Program-made: the position numbers and the translations under genes
In this document: positions 1 to 11,650 of the stretch, one piece after another
How the letters are laid out: each line of letters starts with the position of its first letter
Numbering within the stretch: the first letter of the stretch is position 1
Notes under the pieces: generated by a model
The model's database searches: none
The model's input: only the letters and a program-made list of their open reading frames with translations
What the model was told of the DNA's origin: nothing
From: Vairimorpha necatrix
Lineage: Eukaryota
DNA length: 64,000 nt
Assembly (NCBI GenBank): GCA_036630325.1
Contig: CP142732.1
Span: forward strand, 930,001-994,000
Direction of reading: 5' to 3'

Positions 1-454
1 AATCGTCTTTCTTAATTAAAGTTACGCTGGCTCGACTATTATAAAATAGTGACTGTATTTCGTCTACTATGTCTCTTACTTCATTAAGTTCTAAAATTAT
101 ATCGAGTTTAAAACCATTGTTATACACAGGGTAGTGACTCACGTATCCGACTATACTGGCCAATTTACTAGGATCTTCTTCTAAATCGAGATCATTAATT
201 AAAAAATAAGAATTTTTAAAATCAAAATTCCATGTCTTCAAAACATTTTTATTTAGAAGATATTTTTGACTAAACCAAGGGAAGTCATAATTCCTATTAA
301 AAAGATCTATAAATCTTCTTCTATAGAAGCCTTTAATGTATTCGGCGTAATTTTCCATGGGAAGAAGTTTCTGTAATTCTGATTTTGTAAGAATTTTATT
401 CTCGTTCAAAAGGAAAAAGATGTCAATGTTTTCATGGTTTAGATTTCTTTTCAT
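1..454 (-). CDS. SERRATE/ARS2-like protein, N-terminal part (runs off window start)
   Basis: Not in the ORF track. ATG at 454 follows CCCCCCTCAAA. Manual translation MKRNLNHENIDIFFLL...YAEYIKGFYRRRFIDLFNRNYDFPWFSQKY resembles the ARS2 N-terminal motif (Y..Y...F......FF..H....WF..KY). The frame stays open to the window edge. Confidence 0.55.
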   Translation of the reverse strand, partial: MKRNLNHENIDIFFLLNENKILTKSELQKLLPMENYAEYIKGFYRRRFIDLFNRNYDFPWFSQKYLLNKNVLKTWNFDFKNSYFLINDLDLEEDPSKLASIVGYVSHYPVYNNGFKLDIILELNEVRDIVDEIQSLFYNSRASVTLIKKDD

Positions 455-1236
455 TTTGAGGGGGGTAAATTAAAAATAATTAATATTGTAACTGACAAAT
501 TTAAAAACAAAAAAAATTATTGGATCTAAAGAAAATAAAATCAAGATATTTTATTAGTAAATGACAATAAAATTAAACTTTAACAGTTTAAAAGCTCTTT
601 GGAGTGTTTACTAAGGACGATTAAAACAATTTATAAAAAAGATCACATGAGAAACGACCTTACCTTTTCCCGAATTTACCAAATAGCGCCAATTCGAACA
701 TAAATTCACATAAATTAATTTAATTGATTTTTCACTATATTTATTAAACATCATTAAGTCTTGTTAAACAACTCGGAATTACTTTCACGAACAGAAATTA
801 TTTGAGGCTTCTAATTCTTAAATAAACACTCTCTTCCTATAAATTACGCCAATTAAGTGATTAAAACAGGAAAATCATCTTCATAATACGATCGGTATCA
901 ATACGCGTTAACACTTCATTCTTCACACAACGAGAAAATTCACCTTGTCCTGTCAAAAATATCGTCATTTTTTTATAAGAGACAAATCTTAGGGAAAGAG
1001 TTCAAATTCTTATTTAAATTGGAAAATCTTAAGACAATTGAAATCAAAATTACAAAAATTTGATTTTCATGATGTAAATAATATAATAAAATATACAAGA
1101 TATTTTATGATTTAGAAATATTTGTTAATATTGATCATTGTTATATATGATGAGAGGTGATTATCATATAAACAACAATCTTAAATTGTATAAATTAGGA
1201 TAGAAACTTTAATTATAAGAAAATTTCAAATTAATT

Positions 1237-1248
1237 TTTGGCGGGAAA
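1237..1248. promoter_or_regulatory. E2F-type site TTTGGCGGGAAA upstream of RNR1
   Basis: Reverse complement TTTCCCGCCAAA matches the E2F/DP consensus. It lies ~100 bp upstream of an S-phase gene in very AT-rich DNA. Confidence 0.45.
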
Positions 1249-1272
1249 TAAAGAAAACTATTTTATGCAGAG

Positions 1273-1298
1273 AGTTTGTTTGTTAAAACAAACAAACT
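1273..1298. promoter_or_regulatory. Recurrent palindrome, copy 1 (AGTTTGTTTGTT-AA-AACAAACAAACT), with TTTATGCA at 1262-1269
   Basis: Near-identical palindromes at 36286 and 46431; all three lie shortly upstream of a start codon. Confidence 0.55.
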
Positions 1299-1345
1299 AA
1301 TTTTCAAAAAAAAAACTATAAATAAAAAAAAAATCCCATAAATTT

Positions 1346-3643
1346 ATGGAAGAGAAGAGAAGGAAAAAAAATTCAAATCTTTCTTTTGAAATAATAAAAC
1401 AAAGAATAAATAATTATATAAAAGATATGTCATTGATTAATATTGACAAGAGATATTTTATTGACAAAGTTTCCAGTGGTTGGTGTGATGACATGACACC
1501 CAAAGAGACGATTAATTACGTCTGTGATACAGCAGCATCAATGATGACAATTCATCCCGAATATGGAAAATTGGGCTCCAGATTATTAATTTGTCATCTT
1601 CATGAAATGACATTAAATAAATTCAGTGAGAAAGTATTTTACTTACAGAAACACAGAAATCTATTTAATCCGGAGATTTATGATATAATAGTTGTGAATA
1701 AAGATATTATAGACGACATGATTGATTACAGTAGAGATTATAGTTTGACTTTTTTTTCATTAACAAGTTTAATGAAATCATATCTTTTGAAATTTAATGA
1801 TGAAATAGTCGAGAGGCCCCAAGATGTTTTTATGAGAGTGGCTTTACAATTGCACAGAGATGATTGGGAAAAGGTAAAAGAAACATATAATTTGATAAGT
1901 AATTTATACTTTACACATGCCACTCCTACACTTTACAATTCATGCACAAATAAAAACCAACTTGCTAGTTGTTTCTTAATGAATCCTCTTGGGGATTCAA
2001 TAGAAGGAATTTACGACACTTTAAAGCAATGTGCCATAATTTCTAAGTTTTCGGGTGGGATAGGGTTGAATTTACACAGTATTAGGGCCAATGGAGCAGA
2101 TTTAGTATCAACAGGAGGAAAGAGTAGAGGAATAATACCACTTATTCAAGTTTTAAATCATACTAGTAAATATATCAATCAAGGAGGAAGTAAAAGATCT
2201 AGTAGTATTTCGATTTATCTAGAGCCTTGGCATAAAGACATTTTCGATTTCTTAGATTTAAGGAAGAATACGGGGAGTGAAGATATAAGGGCTAGAAATA
2301 TATTTATAGCCTTATGGATTAATGATTTATTTATGGAAAGAGTAGATAAAAATGAAGAGTGGTCTTTATTTTGTCCAAATGAAGCCCAAGGACTTGATGA
2401 TGTCTGGGGCGAAGAGTTCAATAAGTTATATTTGAAATATGAGAAGACTAAGAATAGAACAGTAATAAAAGCAAGGAAGTTATGGAAATCCATAATAGAA
2501 GCTCAGATCGAGACAGGGACTCCTTATATGCTTTATAAAGATACTTGTAATCGACTTAGTAATCAACAGAATCTAGGGACAATCAAATCTTCTAATTTGT
2601 GTGCTGAGATTGTAGAGTATTCAGATAAAAATGAGATCGCAGTTTGTAATTTGGCGAGTATTTGCCTTTCTAAATTCGTCATTAATGGGAAGTTTGATTT
2701 TCAGAAATTATCAGAGATAGTAAAAGTCATAGTGAGAAATCTTAATATTTGTATAGATAAAAATTTCTACCCTGTCAAGGAATGTAAAACTAGTAATTTA
2801 AGACACAGGCCTATTGGCATAGGAGTCCAAGGACTAGCTGATGCATTTGTCCTTATGAGATATCCATTTGACAGTCAAGAAGCCAGAGATTTGAATTTTA
2901 AGATTTTCGAGATGATTTATTTTTCCGCACTCGAAGAGTCGGTAAACCTGGCCAAAGAATTTGGCCCATACGAGACATTTGAGGGTTCTCCATTGAGTAA
3001 AGGAATATTCCACTTTGAGTTATGCCAGAAGAAGATACCAGACATGGAGAAGTGGGAGATATTAAGAAGTAAATTGAAAATGTATGGAGCTAGAAATAGT
3101 CTCTTAGTGGCTCCCATGCCTACTGCCAGTACATCTCAGATATTTAATAATAATGAGTGCTTTGAGCCTTTTACTTCTAATATTTATACTAGAAGGACAC
3201 ATGCTGGTGAGTTCCAAATTGTCAATGAATATTTATTACAAGATTTAATTAAATTGAACTTATGGTCTCATGAGATGAAAAATATGATCATTGAGTTTGA
3301 AGGGTCAATACAGAATATTAAGACTATTCCTCAAGAAATTAGAGATCTTTATAAAACAGCCTGGGAAATTAAGATGAAGCATGTTATTGATCTGGCCGCA
3401 GATCGTCAAATATTTATTGACCAGTCCCAGTCTCTTAATCTTTTTGTGGCTCAGCCCACATATTCTAAGTTAAGCAGTATGCATTTTTATGCCTTTAAAA
3501 ATGGCTTGAAGACTGGAATGTATTATTTAAGGACTAGACCAATTACATCTGCCATAAAATTTACAGTAGATCAGAAATTATTAGAGAAATCAATGAGTAG
3601 TATAAATGATATTGATGAAGTATGTGATGCATGTTCAGCATAA
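1346..3643 (+). CDS. RNR1: Ribonucleoside-diphosphate reductase large subunit
   Basis: N-terminal ATP cone, QLASCF, SSNLCAEI, APMPTAST, KTGMYYLR and C-terminal CxxC (CDAC). Confidence 0.98.
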   Translation: MEEKRRKKNSNLSFEIIKQRINNYIKDMSLINIDKRYFIDKVSSGWCDDMTPKETINYVCDTAASMMTIHPEYGKLGSRLLICHLHEMTLNKFSEKVFYLQKHRNLFNPEIYDIIVVNKDIIDDMIDYSRDYSLTFFSLTSLMKSYLLKFNDEIVERPQDVFMRVALQLHRDDWEKVKETYNLISNLYFTHATPTLYNSCTNKNQLASCFLMNPLGDSIEGIYDTLKQCAIISKFSGGIGLNLHSIRANGADLVSTGGKSRGIIPLIQVLNHTSKYINQGGSKRSSSISIYLEPWHKDIFDFLDLRKNTGSEDIRARNIFIALWINDLFMERVDKNEEWSLFCPNEAQGLDDVWGEEFNKLYLKYEKTKNRTVIKARKLWKSIIEAQIETGTPYMLYKDTCNRLSNQQNLGTIKSSNLCAEIVEYSDKNEIAVCNLASICLSKFVINGKFDFQKLSEIVKVIVRNLNICIDKNFYPVKECKTSNLRHRPIGIGVQGLADAFVLMRYPFDSQEARDLNFKIFEMIYFSALEESVNLAKEFGPYETFEGSPLSKGIFHFELCQKKIPDMEKWEILRSKLKMYGARNSLLVAPMPTASTSQIFNNNECFEPFTSNIYTRRTHAGEFQIVNEYLLQDLIKLNLWSHEMKNMIIEFEGSIQNIKTIPQEIRDLYKTAWEIKMKHVIDLAADRQIFIDQSQSLNLFVAQPTYSKLSSMHFYAFKNGLKTGMYYLRTRPITSAIKFTVDQKLLEKSMSSINDIDEVCDACSA

Positions 3644-3840
3644 ATAATAAAAAGATATATATTTAATATAATCTTATAGGTATATTATTTTTATATATTG
3701 TTTTTTCTATATTTTATTTATATTGGTTTTCAATATTTTATTTAATCTATATTGTTTATTAAATATACATTTTTTCATGTATCGTTTATTAAATATAATA
3801 TTCTTGTTATTATTCATTATGTTTTTTTTTTACCGTGAAA

Positions 3841-5655
3841 ATGAGCTTTGAAGATGAAGCAAATATTTTAAAAAACAAATTTAATAATTTGGTCAAATTA
3901 TATAAAAAACACGAAAAAATCAAGAAAGATAAAAACATCTCTGATCCTGATTTTTTCACTAAAGACAATGAATTGAATAATTCTATTTCTCTTTTTTTCC
4001 AAGAATATGGAAAGTTTATCAAACCAAGGAAAAATGGTCTTGGTATTTTTAATAGTGAAGATTTTATATCTTACAAGATGATCTCACAGATCAAAAGCGC
4101 ACGAGATGGCGTATTTAGTCGACAAGAAGTAGAAAGAAAGGCTTTTACAGTTGGGGAGATATTTGAGAATAAAGATGACGAACCAGAATACTTTAATGAA
4201 ACTAAACCTATTTTAAATGATCAGAAACCTATTTATAATGAGACTAAACCTCTTTTTAAGGAAGACATTCCTTATATTGGCGGCATTTATTCGAGTCGAA
4301 GTCCAGGCCACTCTATGCGCATAAATAATCTGAAAGACAAATCACCAGGAATCTACAATGGTAGATTTATAGGGACAAATCAACCACCAAAGATGAATTA
4401 TAGTATGAATATGCCTTATAACCAGAGTTATAGTTATAAACATATAATCCAGCCAAGGCCGTCTATTAATTATGAGTCAAATAAAACTGTGCCCAGTATG
4501 AGCGGCAAGTCACCTACTTATTCTAGAGGAGGAAATAAGTCTCCGACTTATATGAGAGCAAATAAGACTTCTCCCAGTTATAACAAGCCAAGTGTCTCAC
4601 CTACTTTTAACAGACCAAATGTCTCGCCCACATTTAATCGGCCTAATGTTTATAGCAGGCCCGATGTGGCACCTTCTAGTTTTAATAAGCAAAATGTCTC
4701 GCCTACATTTAACAGACCAAATGTCTCGCCGACTTTTAGCAGACCAATTGTCTCGCCTACGTTTAACAGACCAAATGTCTCGCCTACGTTTGATAGGCCT
4801 AATATTTACAGTAGGCAGAATATTCCTTCTTCTTATATGAGGGAGAATAATTTAAACTCTTTTGATAGGCCACCCGCTTTTGACAGGTCCCCTGCTTTCG
4901 ATGGATACAACAGGACAAATGAGTCAAATATTTATAACAGGCCCAATATTCCTTCGTCTTACATGAGATCAAATGTCTCGCCTTCTTTTAATCGGCCTAA
5001 TGTCTCGCCTTCTTTTAATAGGCCTAATGTCTCGCCTTCTTTTAATAGGCCGAATATTCCGCCCGCCTACATGAGACCAAATATCTCCCCAGAAAATACT
5101 TATAAACCCAATTCATACTCGTCAAACTTGTCATTTACTTCTATGAAGAACATCCAGACACTTTCTAATCCTTCAAAATTCCGGAATGTACAAAGCCCGA
5201 TACTAATTTCTAATACTAAAAGAACTGGACAATATTCGAGACAGACACAAATTCCTTACAGTATTAGACCAGGAATAGGATCAAGTGAGTACCACATGCT
5301 TGATACAAATAGTAATACATCAACATTCTACGATAAATATGTACAGAACCAGATTTCTATAAATGACATTATAAAATCAAAAAAGGCGAAAAACACGGAG
5401 AGTAAACCAGTAATCTTAAATAGTTGTACTGTGAGTAACAAGAAGGTAGACACATATGTCACAAAGAAGACGACATTACAAGATCTAACAAATAAAAAAA
5501 TAGAAAACGAGGCAGAAGAATTATTGTATGAAATATGTGATAATTTTATGGAGCACATTATAGTAGCGAGCGGGGAATACGCTAGGGAGAATAAGAGACT
5601 AAATAAAGAAGATATAAAATTTATAATGAGAATGGAATTTGGATTAGAAAAATAA
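3841..5655 (+). CDS. TAF12: TFIID subunit TAF12-like protein with a long Ser-Pro repeat region
   Basis: C-terminal histone fold (KKTTLQDL...IENEAEELLYEICDNFMEHIIVASGEYAR...EDIKFIM). First ATG is at 3841; the track begins at a GTG at 3835. Confidence 0.7.
   Translation: MSFEDEANILKNKFNNLVKLYKKHEKIKKDKNISDPDFFTKDNELNNSISLFFQEYGKFIKPRKNGLGIFNSEDFISYKMISQIKSARDGVFSRQEVERKAFTVGEIFENKDDEPEYFNETKPILNDQKPIYNETKPLFKEDIPYIGGIYSSRSPGHSMRINNLKDKSPGIYNGRFIGTNQPPKMNYSMNMPYNQSYSYKHIIQPRPSINYESNKTVPSMSGKSPTYSRGGNKSPTYMRANKTSPSYNKPSVSPTFNRPNVSPTFNRPNVYSRPDVAPSSFNKQNVSPTFNRPNVSPTFSRPIVSPTFNRPNVSPTFDRPNIYSRQNIPSSYMRENNLNSFDRPPAFDRSPAFDGYNRTNESNIYNRPNIPSSYMRSNVSPSFNRPNVSPSFNRPNVSPSFNRPNIPPAYMRPNISPENTYKPNSYSSNLSFTSMKNIQTLSNPSKFRNVQSPILISNTKRTGQYSRQTQIPYSIRPGIGSSEYHMLDTNSNTSTFYDKYVQNQISINDIIKSKKAKNTESKPVILNSCTVSNKKVDTYVTKKTTLQDLTNKKIENEAEELLYEICDNFMEHIIVASGEYARENKRLNKEDIKFIMRMEFGLEK
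4592..5060 (+). repeat. Coding 27-bp tandem repeats encoding (NV)SP(T/S)FNRP units
   Basis: Repeated aatgtctcgccNNcNtttaaYagRcc units in two arrays (~4592-4800 and ~4970-5060). Confidence 0.9.
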
Positions 5656-5954
5656 AAAGACATGTTTATTAAAAAACAGCTATGTAATTTATAAAAAAAC
5701 AGCTTTTAATTATTTCAGGCCTGATTAAGATTTAAAATGACATTTAGAATAGCCTATCTCTAATTCCCGAATCAGGCTTCTTTATTAATAATGCATCAAT
5801 TTTTTACTTGGAATTTTAAACACAAATTGTGTCTTTTTTATTTTAATACATGCCGAGTTCTTGAGCTTCGACCAGGAAAAAATATAAAGTACAAGTGTAT
5901 TTACTTATAATATAGTCCATTCTTATATCTTTAAAAATAAAAAAAAATTAAAAA

Positions 5955-6036
5955 TAGCCAGAGCGGGGTTCGAACCCGCGCCTCCGAAGAGAATGGCACC
6001 TTAAGCCACCGCCTTAGACCACTCGGCCATCTGACT
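5955..6036 (-). tRNA. tRNA-Leu(AAG)
   Basis: Acceptor AGTCAGA/TCTGGCT, D-arm TGGCCGAGTGGTCTAAGGC, anticodon arm GTGGC-TTAAGGT-GCCAT, long variable arm and GGTTCGAACCC T-loop. Confidence 0.95.
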
Positions 6037-6699
6037 GGTAAATAAAATAATCTTCTTTATAAACCATATCAAATTAAACAAACAATAATTATAGAAAAAA
6101 AATATTGAGACATTTAGTCTGGAGACACAATTAGTAATAAAAACACAATAACAACTCCCTAAATTGAATTCGATTCTTATGGAAAATACTTAATCAAGTA
6201 TCTACTCTTTAATATGTCTAATTGATAAGAATATAAAAAAACATAACAGGTTTATTTTAGTACCTCTCTAAGAATAAATAAATTATAAAGGATACATGAA
6301 GACCTTTTATTACTTATCAAAAATTAATATGTAAAAAACTTAATTATACTTATCAAAAAGACCATATTGTAATCTAAATACCTATAGTGCATTATAAAAG
6401 AATTATTTAAAGCTTACTTAATTAATTATTGATGAAAAAAAGATAAACGAGAAAATAATAGGAAAAAACATAAAATTCTTTAATATGTCATTAATCATCA
6501 GTAGAAAAGAAAAATTAAAACTATTTCGTCAAAAAACTGGAAAAAAACAAAAATATATCTTCCACTTGGCAAAATAAAAAGCTTAATAGAGGGATCAGGA
6601 TCTGAGCCCGGACCTTTTCCTCTTTAAGGGCCCTTCGAGAAAAACTAAAAACAAATAAGAAAAGCATTTCCTTCTGAGAAAACTTTGTTATTATCAATA

Positions 6700-7680
6700 A
6701 AAAACCATTGAAACTCTTGATGTTTTTATAAATTGCCCCTTTTCTTTATTTAAATTATCTAACAAATCCGTAATCGCTCTATCTTTTAACTCTTTTCTAG
6801 TTATATATCACATTTACGATGTAATTATGATTCTTCTAAACTTGTAGTCTCTCCTGCTTTATTTTTAGAGCTCTGTCATGAAATTTAATGCGGGGATCTC
6901 CTCTGACAGATATGACTGCCGCGGAAAAGATTTGTGTTCATTAGTTGTACAAATAGTTTCGTTTTTTTGTTGCTTTTTTAAAACCGAGTCGTCGTCTGTA
7001 TAGTCCGGCGAGGTACTATTTCGATTCTAAATTCTAATGTTCGCTCGTCTACTGTACTTACGAACCATGTACAGTTTTTGACTGAGTCGTATCTTTTCGA
7101 TGGCGATTTGGCAAATTTTTCGTTAATATGACCGTTTCGTCGATCTGTGTCACTTCTTCAAATTCTTGTATTTTTTTGGTGTTAAAAACTTCCCTTTCTA
7201 TGCTTCGCATATTTTTTGGCTGAATACACTGGAAGCTGACAAACAGGAATTTAAGTTTATGTTTAATGTAGACAAATTTTCAGTCAATATATACAGAATA
7301 TACAAATAGGTATTCAGAGTAGTAGAAAATAAAGGTTTATCGAAACCACCAATTGATGTTCCACATCCCGTCTTTTTTCCTATTTAAACTGTTGCAATCT
7401 ATGTATGAATCGCAAGGTTATTAATCTATCTCAGGACGATTCATACATTCTATGTTTGTTTTTTTGTGAATTTTCAATCACTAGCCAACATATTGTCTCA
7501 AGTGTGTCTTGAAAGTTTTTTGCTTTCTGTCAAGTGGACCTAGACATACAATAAAGGTGAAATATTCTTGAAAAAAATCATTAAAATAAAAGGTAAAACT
7601 CAAGAAATGTATATTCAAATGAAATTTTAACAAATCTGTAAATTTTTGACTTCTGGGTATATGATTTGTAAAAAACATTT
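6700..7680 (-). mobile_element. Degenerate Merlin (IS1595/ISXO2-like) DNA transposase remnant
   Basis: Manual translation across frameshifts gives VTQIDET...SPSKRYDSVKNCTWFVSTVDERTLEFRIEIVPRRTIQTTTRFL...TICTTNEHKSFP...KNKAGETT. This follows the ISXO2 motif order QIDE..W.VG..IVP.R..TDG..SYP..G.TTN. Boundaries are approximate. Confidence 0.7.
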
Positions 7681-8379
7681 TCCCACTTTACGGTCTGATC
7701 CCGGATCTTAGACGTAAAAAATAGGTAAAGCCGAACTCGGCCTGTTGCGCCAATAAAATTATTAAAGGCAAAAAACGATTAAAATAGTAAAATGTAATTA
7801 ATAGATGTGTTAAAAGTAAGGTTTTTACATACAGATGGATGGAAAAGGTGTGAGTTATGATCACATAGTTGTATACATAAGCAATTAATATTAAATTTTA
7901 CTTTTTAGGCCCAGGAACAGAAATTTATACAATTTTGACAGAACATACCAGGTCAACACTTTAAAAAGTTAATTTTTACACTAATCCCCTAATGCTTAAA
8001 ATTGTTTATATTTACAAATAAATATTTACACGCAAGTTTTTTTTACCTCTTAGTGAATTAATTTAGAATAATCCTGCTTTGATTGTGTGTTATTTACATT
8101 TTAGCCGTAATATAACATAATAAAAACTGTAAAAGAGTAGCATTCATTTATTTTTTTGACCAATTTATTGTAATTACTTCTATAATAAAAAAACATCTTT
8201 AATTAGAGCTATATATGAGATTTATCAACGCGTAATGCTAATATCTTTAGTTTTATGTTAAATTTATGGGTTAAATTAAAAGTGTTAAAATTCTTGTCCC
8301 GTTCTTGCCTATCTTTTTTAAAATCATTTTCTGTAGTTAAATGAACCTCTTACAGGATCGTTACTGGTTTTGCGCTAAG

Positions 8380-8380
<1 letters not shown>

Positions 8381-8410
<30 letters not shown>
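8381..8410. repeat. (TA)15 microsatellite
   Basis: Read directly from the sequence. Confidence 0.97.
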
Positions 8411-8414
<4 letters not shown>

Positions 8415-8989
8415 TCTTCTAATGCTTAAAGTTCTTAATCCACTGCTTAAATTAAAAATATGGTAATAACCTCTCCAAAACATTTAGTGTTAGAATTTGC
8501 AAGCATGACGGTTCCGTCGTATGCTAGATCGTCTATTGTTTGATAAACAGTAGCAAATTCTATTGTATTGACACATAATAGTTCACTGTGGGTTTTCTAT
8601 AATACGTATTGAGGATTTTTATTAACGCAGGGCTATGAAATCATTATATTTTAGACATCTAAATATGACGCCAAGCCTTGGCTTTTTGCATTGTGCTATC
8701 CTAAATACTAGCTACCCTCAACAGGTCAGCTTACTATAACAGACTACAATAAGAAGGTTGTGAGACCTAATTGTATTGATTCGTCAATTTACCGTTATTT
8801 CAGATTAAAATTTCTGCAATATTATGTCCTATAATTTTTTGATACGTTTGCAAATATAAACAAATATTAATTTTACAGATTTATGTTAAATTTTAACCTA
8901 AAAAAATTCATCCCCGACACTGTTCTTTATACCTGTGCTACACACAGGTTTTTTAAAAATAAACGATTATCGAGATATATTTTATAGTC

Positions 8990-11650
8990 TATTTATTGTA
9001 TAATTTTAAAATAATTAAAAATAAGTTGTGTTGCAACTCATTATGTACACTAAAATAACCAGTTGGATAAAATACACATTTTTTTAAAAGACTTTTACTT
9101 TTTTCTTTTGTGAAAATCGGGTCCACATTTATATTTGTTGTAAAAATTTTTAAGAATGTATATAATAAGATTTTTATGGTGTTAATAGAAATATTATGAG
9201 GATTATCGACGATATTGTACACAAAAATCACAATAAAAGTACAAATTTATCTAAATAATAACTTCATCCAGATTTTTTTGAATTATAAAAGGTAATATTT
9301 CATTTGATAGGGAGTGTATAGTATCAAAAAACCTGGTATAGTATGCATAGACATCTACATGTGTAAAAAAGATTTCTTTGTTTACATCTTAAAGAAATGT
9401 TCAAACTTCTTTATAGTGTTCTAAAAAATTGCAGATTTTAATAAGTTGACCATATATTTGCGAAGTTTACTTACGCCTTAGCTTGATTTTCAACACTTTT
9501 ACAAAATCACAAATAATTGTTCAGCTACTTCATTATACATAATAACAAAACATCGTTCCCCTAATATTAATTGCATGATGTTTAAATTTTTTCACACATT
9601 GTCATTTTTGTTGATCATCATTTGTTTCATTTTCTAATAATTTTATTGAACTTTGATGCAGGGCCCTGTCGTAACTTTTTTCGATATTCTCTGTTATATA
9701 TTTTTTTTTCGATACTCTCTGTTATATAATTTTTTATAGATAGAGATTGATCTTTTATTGTTTTGTCTAATAAATAGATTTTTTTACCCTTCATTTATTT
9801 TTTCTTAATTATAGGATCTTTACAAGTCCAATCGATATAAACCATTGATGCAACAATTGGTCCTTTTTCAAGGTCCAATGAGTGTTTCGTCAAATAAATT
9901 TTCAATATTAATCTGTAAAGTTTTTCTTAGTATATCGTTTAATTTAAAATGTTGCACTGTGAATTTGTAACATTTGTATGCGTTTTGAACTTCATCATTT
10001 TTTTTTTCTCTTGAAATCTTTATATTAAACATCTTCTTAAGTATTTTTTAATAATTTAGCTCTAATATTAGTTTTAATATTTTTTAACAGGTTGACATCA
10101 AGTTTATGGTCTGTAATGAAGCGATCCTCTGATATCAGTGTAATATCATCTTTAAAGAGATTGTGTCATCCAATGTTACAAATAGTGATTATATTTCATA
10201 GATTCGTTATATAATGTTATTTTAAGTTTTTTTTAATATATCGTCGTAAAACCTTGCTAAATCTTCTATTGTTACGAATAAATCAATATTATTTTTTGTG
10301 CTATAATCCGATACAGCAATTTATAGATGTCTTGTAAATCTTTAAATATTAAATCATCACTCATGCCGTTTTCATTGATATATCATTTCGCTTAATTAGT
10401 AGACAAACTTGAATTAAATAAAGTACAGGTTCCCCGATTAAGCAGCTCGTAAAATTAATCTATAAGTTCAATCTTAAAACTTTCAAAAAACTTATGTTTT
10501 AAAGTATTTTAAATAATCTATCATTGTTTATTGAATCATTGAGCCTAAATAAAACTTTAAATATAATATTTAATGCAGATCCGGAATTTAATAATTCTTT
10601 CTGCGAGAAATTCTATTTTCTCATTATCTTTTAACAATTAATAGATGATTTTACCTAATTTATTATTTTTCTCATAAGTCATTTTATTTAAAATCGTATA
10701 AATTTCATGGAATTTCGTAAGACATCTCTTTTCTATATTATTTTTATTCTTATTATCTTGCAAATAATGTTCATAATCTTCATTGTTTTTTAAGCATATT
10801 TTGTCTGGTTCTATTGACATTTTACTTCATAATTTATCAATTCATTTGTGTTTGTTATAAAATTTATAGGCAATGGCTGTGTTTCCATAGAAAAATCATT
10901 AAAGTTATCTTGTGAATATGTGCATAATTCAACAAATTTTTTTAATTTTTCATTTTCAACTGAATTTTCCGAAACTTTTTTTATATCAGCAATTTTATTA
11001 AGATCTTCAATACACAATTTAAATTAGTAATTTTCGGTTTATGATTACAAAAAATTTAATTAATATTAAGGCTCATCAATGTTTTTTTAAAATTACATCG
11101 ATGTACAGTTTGACCATATTTGTCTTAATATTAAACAGTTCTACTTTGTGAATTATTTCTGTAAAATATGACTCTTGAATAAAAAAAATTTTCATAATAT
11201 AGTATAAACCCATTTTTTTCTATTATTGTTTATTTGTTAAATATGCGATATGATATCGCCGATAGTAAAAGTATTTTTCATTACAAAATTGCATTTAATT
11301 CACTTTCTTTATATACTAGTGATATCTGTTTAGTATCTGGAAAATCTATAGTGTATTTTACCTTATATTCAAGCTCATCAATTCTATTATTTATGAATTT
11401 ATCCACACAATCAATGTAAAAATAACGATTTATATAACCTTTATTATTCCAAAACTACACTCTACCTTTTATCGATGAAATTAATCATTACTTTTAATGT
11501 TTTAGATATATAAAAATTAATTTTAGAATTTGGATCAAATGATAAGTAATCTTTAATTTTGATTTTTTGCATTATCAAATCATTTATTTGATTGAATACA
11601 AAAATATTTGCTTATACAATAAATATTGTGAAAAAAAAATTGATCGCCAT
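8990..11650 (-). pseudogene. Decayed lineage-specific gene with a signal-peptide-like start
   Basis: CCCCAAT-ATG at 11650 reads MAINFFFTIFIV*. Co-oriented K/N/I-rich ORF fragments follow (10811-11017, 10638-10820, 8989-9231). The 3' extent is uncertain. Confidence 0.4.

Noticed and set aside
600-970. Short minus-strand ORF-like tract between the ARS2-like gene and RNR1
   Set aside because: Only ~35 codons before stops and no recognisable homology.
9291-9320. Tc1/mariner-like right end (...GATAGGGAGTG-TA)
   Set aside because: No matching left TIR or transposase found in the window.
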